From the human T2T-CHM13v2.0 reference genome, Homo sapiens, in assembly GCF_009914755.1 (NCBI RefSeq), contig NC_060928.1: a DNA stretch of 64,000 bases. The stretch is one strand, 5' to 3'. Under the pieces are notes generated by a model. That model was not told the DNA's origin and did not search any database. It saw only the letters and a program-made list of their open reading frames with translations. Below are positions 52,578 to 64,000 of the stretch, in pieces. Every line of letters begins with the position of its first letter. The first letter of the stretch is position 1. Made by a program: the position numbers and the translations under genes.

Positions 52578-55500
52578 GAGTTTATTAAGTATTAACTTAC
52601 ATGATCACAAGGTCCCACAATAGGCTGTCTGCAAGCAGAGGGGCAAGGAGAGCCAGTCTAAGTCCCAAAACTGAAGAACTTGGAGTCTGTGTTTAGGGGC
52701 AGGAAGCATGGGAGAAAGATGTAGGCTGGGAGGCTAGGACAGTCTTGCCTCTTCACGTTTTTCTGACTGCTTTATATCACTGGTGGCTGATTAGATGGTG
52801 CCCACCCAGATTAAGGGTGGATCTGCCTCTCCTAGCCCACTGACTCAAATGTTAATCTCCTTTGGCAGCACCCTCACAGACACACCCAGGATCAATATTG
52901 CATCCTTCAATCCAATCAAGTTGATACTCAGTATTAATACTCACAGGGAGTATGAACATTTCAAAAATATTGATTCTTCCAATCCATGAACATAGGATAT
53001 TTTCCTTTGCATGTATGTCTGTCCTCTTCAATTTCTTGCAGCAATGTTTTATTTTTTTTATTGTAGAAACATTTTACTTCTTTAGTTAAATTTATTCCCA
53101 GGTATTTTATTGTATTTGTAGCTATTGTAAATGAAAATACTTTCTTGATTTCTTTTTCAGATTGCTCACTGTTAACATACAGAAATGCTACTGATTTTTG
53201 TATGCTATTATTGTATCTTGCAACTTTACTGAATTTATTTATCAGTTCTAGTAGTTTTTTTGGTGGAGTCTTAGGTTTTTTCAAATATAAAAATGAGATA
53301 ATCTGCAAAGAAGGATGATCTGACTTCTTTCCAACTTGATGCCCTTTATCTCTTTCTCTTGTCTTATTAGCCTAGCTAGGACTTCCAGTACTATGTTGAA
53401 CAGCAGTGGCAAAAGTGGGCATCCTCACCTTGTTCCAGATCTCACAGGAAAGGCTTTCAGTTTTTCCCCATTCAGTATGACACCAGCTGTGGGTCTGTCA
53501 TATATTACTTTTATTGTCTTGAGGTATGTTCCTTCTAAACCCGGTTTTTGAGGCTTTTTTCATGAAGGGATGTTGAATTTTATCAAACATTTTTTCAGCA
53601 CCAATTGAAATGATCATATTGTTCTATCCTTCATTCTGTTGATATGATGTATCACATTGATTGATTTGCATATGTTGAGCCACCCTTGAATCCCTGTGAT
53701 AAATCCCATTTAATAATAATGAACTATCTTTTTAATGTGTTGTTGAATTTGGTGAGCTAGTATTTTGTTGAGGATTTTTGCAACCATGTTCACTGGAGAT
53801 GTAGGCTTGTAGTTTTCTTTTTCTGATGTGTCTTTGGTTTTGCTATTAGGGTAATAGTGGCCTCATAGAATGAGTTTGGAAGTGTTACTTTCTCCTCTAT
53901 ATTTTTGGAATAGTTTGAGTAGGATTAGTATTTTTTACTTAAATGATTGGTAAAATTTAGCTGTGAGGCCACCAGGTCCCAGGTGTTTCCTTGCTGGGAG
54001 ACTTTTTATTACAAATTTAAGGTTGTTGCTTATTGGTTTATTCAGGTATTCCTTCTTGGTTCAGTCTTGGTAGTTTGTATGTCTCTTCTAGGATTTCCAA
54101 TTTATTGGCATTTAGTTGCTTATAGTAGTCTTTAATATCTTTTGAATTTCTGTGGTATCAATGACATTCCGTTGGAATGTCTCCTTTCTCATCACTGATT
54201 TTATTTATTTGGGTCTTCTCTCCTTTTTTCAGTTAGTCTGGTTAAGGGTTTGCCAATTATATCTTTCCAGAAAATAAAGTATTCCTTTTGTTGATCTTTT
54301 GTACTGTTTTTTAATATTGCAGTTTCACTTATTTCTGCTCTGATCCTTATTATTTCTTTTCTTCTGCTAATTTTGGATTCAGTTTGTTCTTACTTTTCTA
54401 GTTCTTTAAGATGCATCATTAGGCTATTTACTTAAAATTTTACTACACTTTGATTTAGATGCTTATTTCTATAAACATTTTTTAAATTACTGCTTTTTGC
54501 TTCATCTCATAGGATTTTGTAAGTTGTGTTTCCATTTTCGTTTATTCAAGGAATTTTTAATTTCCTTCTTAATTTTGTCATTGACCCACTGGTCATTCAG
54601 GAGCAGATTGTTTAATTTCCATGTGTTTGTATAGTTTCCAAAGTTCCTCTTGTTATTGATTCCTACTTTTTTTCCATTGTGGTCAGAGAAGATATTTAAT
54701 ATGATTTCTACTCTTTTGAATGCTTAGACTTGTTTTACGGCCTAACATATGGTCTAACCTTAATAATGATCCATGTGCTGAGGAGAAAAATGTGTAATCT
54801 GTAGCCACTGGATGAAATGTTCTATAAATATCTATTAGGTCCGTTTGGTCTATAGTGTAGATAAAGTCTGATGTTTCTTTGTTGATATTCTGAATGGCTG
54901 ATCTGGCCAACAGTGAATGTAGGGTGCTGAAATCTCCAGCTATTATTGTATTGGGGTCTCTCTCCTTGGATCTAATAATATTTGCTTTATGTGTCTGAGT
55001 TCTTCAGTGATGGGTGCATATATATTTATAATTGCTATATGCTCCTGTTGAATTGACTCTTTTATCATTATATAATGAACTTTTTGTCTCTTTTTATAGT
55101 TTTGTCTTAAATTCTATTTTATCTGATATCAGTCTAGCTATTCCTGCTCTTTTTGGTCTCCATTTACATGAAATATCTTTTTCCATACCTTTATTGTCAG
55201 TCTATGTGTCTTTATAGTTGAAGTGTGTTTCTTGTAGGCAGCAGATAATTGATTCTTGTTTTTCAATCCATTCAGTTACTCTATGTTTTTTGATTTCAGC
55301 ATTTAATTCATTTATAACCAATGTTATTATTGATAAGTAAGGACTTAATCTTGTCATTCTGTTATGTGTTTTCAGGTCTTATGTTCTTTCCTTTCTTCCT
55401 TCCTTCCTGTCTTCCTTTTTGAGAAAGTGATTATCTCTGATGGTATGTATTAATTTCTTGCCCTTTATGTTTTTCATATCTGTGGTAGATTTTTGAATTT

Positions 55501-56905
55501 GAGGTTACTGTAAGGCTTGCAAATAACATTTTATAACCCATTATTTTAAACTGATGACAACTTAACTCTAATTGCAAAACAAACTAGCTAACAAATCAGT
55601 AAGGAGAAAAACTAATGAAAACCCTAAACTTCAACTTCATCCTCCCTGCTTTTTACCTCTTAGCTTATTGTATTTATGTCTTATACTCTCTAGGCCTTAA
55701 AAAGCTGTTGTAGTTATTATTTTTGAGACATTCATTTTTTTAGTCTTCCTACTCAAGATATAAGTAATTTACCCCCTGCAATTACAGTGTGATAATATTC
55801 TGTATTAGTATGCGTACTTACTATTACCAGTAAGTTTTGTACCTTCAGATGATTTCTTATTGCTCAACGTTCCATCCTTTCAAGTTGGAGACTCCCTTAA
55901 ACATTTTTTGAGCACAGGTCTGGTATTGATAAAATCCCTCAGATTTGCTTGTCCGGGAAAGCTTTTATTTTTCCTTCATGTTTGAAAGATATTTTCATTG
56001 GATATAATATTCTAGGATAGAAGAATTTTTCCTTCAGCCCTTTAAATATATTATGCCACTCCCTCCTAGCCTATAAGGTTTCCACTGAGAAGTCTGCTGC
56101 CAGACATATTGGACCTCTTTCATGTTATTTGTTTCTTTTCTCTTGATGCTTTTAGGATCTTTTGTTTATCTTTGACCTTTGGGAGACTGATTATTATATG
56201 TCTTGAGGTAGTCTTATTTGGGTTAAATCTGCCTAGTGTTCTATAACTTTCTTGTGCTTAAATATTGATTTATTTCTCAAGGTTTGGAAAATCATGTTAA
56301 TATCACTTTGAAAAAAACTTTCTACCCCAATTTCTCTCTCAACCTCCTCTTTAATGCCAATAACTCTTACATTTGCCCTTTAGAGGCTATTTTATAAATC
56401 TTGTAAGTGTGCTGCATACTTTTTAATTCCTTTTTTGTATTATCTCTTCTGACTGTGTATTTTCAAATAGCCTGTCTTCAATTTCACTAATTCTTTCTTA
56501 TGCTTGATCAGTTCTGCTGTTGAGAGACTCTGATGCATTCATCAGCTTGTCGTTGAATTTTTCAGTTCCAGAAATTATGCATGATTATTTACAAAATATT
56601 TTAGTGTCTTTGTTAAAGGTATCTGATAGGATTCCGAATTTCTTCTCTGTGTTATCTTTAATTACACTGAGTTTCCTCAAAACAGCTATTTAAAATTTTC
56701 TGTCCAAAAGGTCATATGTCTCTGTCACTCTGAGAATGGCCACTGGTGCCTTATTTAGTTTGTTTGGTAAGGTCATATTTTCCTGGATGGTCTTGTTGTT
56801 TATGGATGTTCATCAATGTCTGGGCATTGAAGAGTTAGGTATTTATTCTAATCTTACTGTCTAGGCTGGATTGTTCCTATCCTTCTTGAGAAGGTTTTCC
56901 GGATG
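50703..56905 (-). mobile_element. L1MA (L1MA2/3-like), ~6.2 kb: 3' UTR, ORF2 and ORF1 region, 5'-truncated
   Basis: 3' end tatgggtacatagtaggt; EN peptide DLIDIYRTFHP...FFSSAHG (54683-54910); RT-region KKLLELINKFSKV; TSD catcttttcttatttt (50689) / catctttacttatttt (56912). Confidence 0.93.
52453..52945 (-). mobile_element. Full-length MLT2A1/A2 (HERVL) solo LTR inside the L1MA
   Basis: tgtattagtcagagttctc...tcaatccaatcaagttgatactcagtattaatactcaca; perfect TSD GGGAG at 52448 and 52946; internal (TA)n. Confidence 0.95.
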
Positions 56906-56959
56906 CCCCAACATCTTTACTTATTTTTGTTTTTGCCTTCTGTCTATATTTCCCATTCC

Positions 56960-57150
56960 ATATATTTTCCTATATGCCTTTGAACAAGTCACTTAATCTC
57001 TCTGGAGTACTTCAGTTTCCTCATCTTTAAAACAGAACCCATCTTACTATATTGATGTGAATGTAAGTTACTTGACATATGGGATATATTTTAAAGAGCA
57101 CATAGCACCTAGCAAATATTCTATGAATGTTAACTATTATTGTCATTATA
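56960..57150 (+). mobile_element. MIR
   Basis: gaacaagtcacttaatctctctg...cagtttcctcatctttaaaa. Confidence 0.8.
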
Positions 57151-57460
57151 ATCCTTCTGTGATGCTTTTCCTTCTTTACACATTTACTAAACTTCTATCA
57201 AGTTCTGAAGTGCAGGGTTACAAAGTTGAATAGCACAGGTTCCTTGCTTCCAAAGAAACTCAAAATGTGGTCAATACTAAGAAAGTTAACTGCACAGGGT
57301 GATCTGGGATCACATTGAAGCAGACATCTAACAACATCTGAACTGATTTCTTATGAATGAGAAGGAATTAGCCAAAATGGGGGCTAAATAAACCAAATGA
57401 TGGAGACAGGAAGTAAATTCCAGGAAGAGAAATGGGTAGTATATTAACTAATAATTCTTA

Positions 57461-57790
<330 letters not shown>

Positions 57791-58709
57791 GTTTAAAAAA
57801 CAAGAATTCACAAGTATCTTCTTGGTGAACTGAGCTGATTCTGTTCTCCAAAAGACAAATAATTTCTGAGATTGTTACGCATGAATGGCACACATTTCAG
57901 AAATGTCTTGATTTACATATGCCTAAAGGCTCTTTACTAGTAATCTATGAGTAAGTTATTCAAGGTCAGTGTATTTTATAGTCTTATATTAGAATTAGCT
58001 TATTATTTCAAAGAGTTCTTGGAAGACTATAATATGGTGTGATACTAAAAAAATCTGGCTGCCAGGAAATTCTTAACAAAGTTATTGAGCATCTACTGCA
58101 ACTACACACGGTGGAATATTTCTAACAAATTCAGAAAAAGCACATTGTTATCAGTGCATCATAAAGTGACCTGATTTGTGGTTTCCTTCTGCAAAAATTC
58201 CTGAAAAAATTTATTTTGGTTTGGCTTTATGAGTATCAGTTTCGTGGCAAATTGCTTAACCTATTTTACAGCAATTAATACATATTTATATATTTTGGAA
58301 TTATACTTTTCCAGTAAGTAAGGATTAAGAATTGCATGCTTTGAAATTTATATATAAATCACTCATTTTTATCACTAAAGTAGATGCACACTTCACTTCC
58401 CAGAAATTCCCTGTAATTAGCTTTTTCTTGGGGATATGCGACCTCTCAACGAAAACTACTCAAAAAAATTACAACTTATTATCAAAACAATTTGTAAGTT
58501 TAAAACTGGTAATTTTGAAATTTGTAGGGTATTTTTAAAATACAGAAATTATATAAACAACTTGAACTATTTTCTTATCAAGCAAATAATAAGCTATTTA
58601 TGTGCATTGCTAGCAACAAGTTTTCTGCAAAAATAATTCCTTTTCAGATCTTTATTTTGGTGAAAGTTGGAAAACAGTGGAGATTTTTGGATCTCTATGG
58701 TCTTGGTCC

Positions 58710-59201
58710 TTACAGTAGACAGAATAGCCTCCCAATGATGTCTAAATCCAAATAGTCAAAATCTGTGAATGTGTTACCTGACGTATCAAAATGGACATTG
58801 CAAATGTGATAGTTAAGAATCTTGATATGAGTATGTTATCCTGGACTACCATGTATGTTCAGTGTAACCACAAAGACCTTTATAAGGGAAAGAAGGAGGG
58901 AGGAAGCAGGATAGTTACGGAGTCCAAGAAGAAGAAAAGTCAGAGAAAGAGACATCTGAAGATACTACCCTACTGGCTTTGAAGATGGAGGATGGAACCA
59001 CAAGGCAATAAATGCAGATGACCTCTAGAAGCTGGAAACGTCAAGGAAATGCATTCTCCTACAGACTGCAGAGAGAATGAGGTCCTATCAACCACTTGGT
59101 TTCAGGGTTTCTGACCTCCACAACTGAAGGATGATAAATTGTGTTGTTTTAAGTCACCAAGTTTGTGATAATATATTACAGCAATACAGGAAATGAATAA
59201 A
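58710..59201 (+). mobile_element. MLT1D-like MaLR LTR
   Basis: agacagaatagcctccc...tgtgaatgtgttacct...ctggctttgaagatggagg...tctagaagctggaa...gtttgtgataat...cagcaatacaggaaa. Confidence 0.85.
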
Positions 59202-60554
59202 ATTCTATTTTAGAATAGTAGAATCATTTTTAAAAATTGAAGCTACTGATTTAGAGAACAATCATGACAGCGTTATTTGAAAGTAGCATCTCTTTGGATT
59301 CTACTATGGAAACAAAACCGTTTGAAGATCATGATGAAACTGTCTCCAAGGCTAAGCAATGATGTGTTTTGTCTGGGAACCTGTGGGAGAGAATATCAGA
59401 TATAATTTTATTCTTTTATACTTCAAATAGAGTAAACACGTAAGTAGAGAAATAAGAAATTGTGAGTTAATAATTTATTAGCTCACACTGAATTATGCCT
59501 GGCTACTCGTAACCATCTTAGTATGCCTACTGCTGCCCTTAATACACCTGAACTGAAAACAGCGGTACTGAGAGCTCATGTTCATATCTGTTCCTGAATA
59601 TATTTTTCTGATTGCCTAAACTGTAAAGCCAAAGACAAATAATTATTAATTGAATTTCCTTATTCATGCTTTTTAGTTCCTTCTAAAAGAGGATAACACA
59701 AATTCATGACATTTCCTTTATAGTTTGTAAACAGAAAATGGAAGTAGAATACTGTTAAGTAGCTTATTCTGGAAGACAGCAATAAAATGCTACTCTCTGC
59801 CAAAAGTGCTAAGGGGTGATCCTATGATAAGAGGACCTTGGTGGAGTAAATATCATCAGATGTAGGTATGAATTATTTCTGGGACAGTTCTACATTCTCT
59901 GGCAGTGTTTTAATCTATGCGAACCTATAGATATCTTTGATAAATCCTTAACCTTCATTCCTTTAGTAAGGAGCAGAATACTCCTTTGGTTTGAAATTTT
60001 AATACTTTAGAGGTTGAGAAATTTCTAAACATTGCAAACAGCTGAACTATCAGGCCACTAATCATGTAGTAATGGAAATAGCACTCAATTACCTGCTCCA
60101 AATGCTTTGACAACCACATTTTAAAAGATATTTTTAAAGTCTCTTCTAGCTGCTTTTCCCAAGCTGAATATTTTAAAGGCACACTAGAATAACATGTTTT
60201 ACTTAAGAAGATGGATCTAAATGGACTTTTAGTGCAAAATGCTCTAAAAGTAGCATTACTCTTATTCCCAGATTACTTTTTCACAGCACAGTAACAAGAC
60301 TTCTTGAGAGATGTATTCTATGAAATTATTGCTCAATAAAATAGTTCTAGATAACTGACTTACCAGATCTGGGCTACTGTCTTGGTCACACAGCAAGTAT
60401 GATTTGAACATAAGCCTGTCTCATAAACAAGACCTGGAGCTGCATCTACCAGTCAGACTTTTAGCTTTAATCTTTCATTTATCCCACTGGAGTATTGTTT
60501 CTGCAAAAGAAATAAATGGCTATCCAAGTTATGCACAAGTAACAAAAGCTATAA

Positions 60555-60995
60555 CAGTCATATATTACCATAATAATAAACGTCATTAAATCATCCCAAA
60601 ACTAGTGGCTTAAAACAGTAATCGTTGATCCTTGCTCACACATCTGCAAGTCAGCTGAGAATTGGCTGATCTATGCTGGGCTTGGCTTGGTTCAAAGCTA
60701 AAAGTTGGGTCCAGATCTGCTTCATGTGTCTTTCAACCTCTGTGGACTAGAAGCATGGCCACGGTATGTTATTTTCATGGAAATTGCAGAAGCACAGGAG
60801 GGCAAGCCCCATCATACAGCACATTTCAAGCTTTTGCTTGTATTATATTGTATAACATTGCTGACATTCCATGGCTAAAGCAAGCCATACATCCAACCCC
60901 AAAATCAATGAAGTATCAATGGAATGACTGTGCCCATGGTGGGAGGAAAAGGTGGATGAGACATATCGACTAAACAATAATTTAAACCATTACTG
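60555..60995 (-). mobile_element. MLT1H/I-like MaLR LTR
   Basis: cccaaaactagtggcttaaaaca...ttgctcac...tgacattccatggctaaagcaagcca. Confidence 0.75.
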
Positions 60996-61024
60996 TAAAG
61001 ACTCTAACAAAAGCCATATATATA

Positions 61025-61245
61025 CAGCCATCCCACAGTATAATCTGGGGATTGTTTACAGGACCTCTGCATCTACCAAAATCCACATATGCTCAAGTCT
61101 CACAGTAGCCCCACACAACCTGAGTATAAGAAAAGATGCCCTCTCTATATGAAGGTTTTACAGCTTGAGAATACTGTATTTTCCCTCCATATTTGGTTTT
61201 TTAAACATTGGCATATAAATGGACCTGTGCATCTCACACCCACCT
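61025..61245 (+). mobile_element. MER8-like Tigger element
   Basis: caggacc...accaaaatccacatatgctcaagtc...gaatactgtatttt...ggacctgtgca. Confidence 0.7.
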
Positions 61246-62870
61246 GTGCCATTCTCAGAAGATCTAAGGGAGAGCTAAAGAAACTGGCTTATAAAAGAAA
61301 CAGAGTGGATCCAGGGGTCTATGAATTACAGGCTGACTCTGTAGGTACTGTCCCCACTGAATGAGCACCAATCGTTTTTTGTCTTTGCATCACTCCAATC
61401 TAATTTGAAATTCCAAGAAGAGAACATCTGTTTGGCTTAGGTTGGGTCATGTGCCTACTCGTTGAGTTGGCTAATCAGGGCTTCATAATATAAATACCAA
61501 CTCATTTTCATTTTGTCTTTCCTATTTGTCATTCAAAATGAAGAGTCAGCTTCATTTTAAGGAGGGTGCCCCTGAAGGTTCTAAGACTGACTGCCAGCTT
61601 TGTTAGGAGTTACACATGTAAGTAGATCTCAGATGTTTATATTCCAGTGGAAAAGAGAAAAACTGTCATACAATTATAGGCAGGTGTTTGAAATTAATTC
61701 TGAATCGTTGTGAGGCCATGAAATTGAAAAATAATTATTTATGTGGGTGAAAAGTGTTCCTAGAGCAAATGATGGTCATTTTTTCTAATCCTATACACTG
61801 CATTGGGCAGGGAAATACCCAAATGAATATCTGACTATCTTTAGGATGGAAGGGAGAGAGAAAAAATGCAAGTCGACAATAAACTAATGTCAACTATATA
61901 TAGAAAATAGTACCATAACTTTGGAATTTGCTGCAATCTTCACTGTCATTCAAAGATCTTTGAAAATAATGTACTATAAAAATACTACAAAAGTATATGC
62001 ATATATAATTACAGATATTGGTAGAGGAACATAGATGATAGCATTTAGTAAGCCATGCAGAGATTCACATGGCTGAGTTTCTCATAGCTGAGAAACACTT
62101 TGCAATATTTAAAAATTCATATCACTTAAAAATATGTAGATATACAAATATACATACATAACATGTCAAGTATGATACTAATCCATTATCACTGAATGCT
62201 AAGTATAATACTAATTCATTATCACTGATGGGCACTGAATACTAGAATTCCTTTCACTTTTGCTTTACATGATATGGTCGGAAACTTTTGATTTTAAAAT
62301 ACGTAATAAAATAAGTATAGCAAAATAATGTATCTTCCTGTGTGTTAAATATATCATTTTGAATATTTTAGAAAAAAAAACTTTTTGAAAACATGAAAAT
62401 AATAATGATTTTCAACATTTTACTTTTTTTCTGTATGCTTTTGGATGGTAATTGAACATTTCATGCATTTTAAAGAATAAGTTACATTTTATTATTAGTC
62501 CTTTAGCATGTAAGAGTTGAAATAGTGATAGAAACAGATGACACAAAAGTGCAAATAAGAGAAGAAGAAAAAGGAAACAGAAAATCTTCAAAGGAACAGC
62601 CTGATTAAAATTTTATAGAAGTAGAAATAGTGGAAGTGAGAAGACTGCCCTTGGACATGATCCATGTAAAATATGCAAACGACATAGTACATATCCTTTA
62701 CTTAATGGAAATTTACTATTTACTAATCAAAACAACACAAATGAACAAGAAAGATTTTTTCCATCAAAGCAACTATTAAATATGTCAGATTAATCTCAGC
62801 AACTTCATGTACCTTACTACATTTTTTGAATTATGATCCCAGAAAAAGGCTCTAACATCCTTCTGACAGT

Positions 62871-63014
62871 ACACCTGGCTAATTTTGTATTTTTAGTAGA
62901 GACGGGGTTTCTCCATGTTGGTCAGGCCGGTCTTGAACTCCCAACCTCAGGTGATACACTCGCCTCAGCCTCCGAAAGTGCTGGGATTACAGGCATGAGC
63001 CACCGCACCCGGCC
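62871..63014 (-). mobile_element. AluSp-like left monomer, 3'-truncated, no poly-A tail
   Basis: ggtttctccatgttggtcagg (Sp-type); sequence stops about 10 bp into the right monomer. Confidence 0.88.
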
Positions 63015-63421
63015 ACAAGAGTACTTTTAGCAAAACACAATCTGACTATGATTTTTCATTGAATATATATGGTAGAATATTTTGTATTTAATTTTAAATT
63101 GAAAGTATTTAAATGGAGAAAAGTAGAAATTGTCATTTTGGTTTTAAGTCAACAGCAAAAAGTGTTATTACTACATTTATGTTTCTCATAAAACATATAA
63201 TACATATATGTTTCTCAACTAATCTTTAAGTTCAATCTTGGTTAATGAATGTATACATGACTTGAAACACTTAAGTTTTTGGTTAAAGATGCAAAAAATA
63301 TCCCTTTTGAAGGAAAATAAATATAATTCACAAATTATTTCCAATAAAATATAAAAATAATTCACAAATAATTGTTAATACTCAAAAAGATTGAATAAAT
63401 ATCATTCAATAAATAACATTG

Positions 63422-63728
<307 letters not shown>

Positions 63729-64000
63729 AAATAACGTTCAATTAAGATAAATAAATGCCAATATATTAATGCCAATCTGGAAAATAATATTAAATGTTAA
63801 CATTAACTGACCATAACAATGCTTTTTATGACACTGAGAGAATAGTATTTACAGAAAAGAATGAGATTATTTCAAAATTTGCTGCCAGCATAACCGACCA
63901 TGTAAAATGGATGAAAAAATAGCTATTTAAATGATTACTATCTGGCATGGACAAATAAAAAGATTACTAGTTTAAAGAGTAATATAGTTTTACAATTATG

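Overview
AT-rich, repeat-dominated primate genomic DNA, hominoid and probably human (AluY, AluS/J, LTR12C and HERV-H are present). I find no host protein-coding exon, RNA gene, CRISPR array or prokaryotic-type system. The ORF track is mostly explained by repeats or chance; the only real protein homologies are decayed retroelement frames. Main contents: a solo LTR12C (ERV9) inside an Alu (10.7-12.3 kb); a 5'-inverted (twin-primed) L1PB inside a Tigger4 (15.7-18.3 kb); a complete THE1C-type MaLR provirus (22.2-24.5 kb); a 5'-deleted HERV-H that keeps integrase, a decayed full-span env and an LTR7C-like 3' LTR inside an L2 (28.4-32.0 kb); a ~6.2-kb L1MA carrying an MLT2A1 (50.7-56.9 kb); and many MLT1/MLT2/MST/MER LTRs, Tigger/hAT elements, MIR, L2 and microsatellites. 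Subfamily names come from recalled consensus sequences and need RepeatMasker/Dfam confirmation. I cannot support a novel biological system here. The most interesting signals are unusual junctions, nested insertions and candidate LTR-derived regulatory elements.
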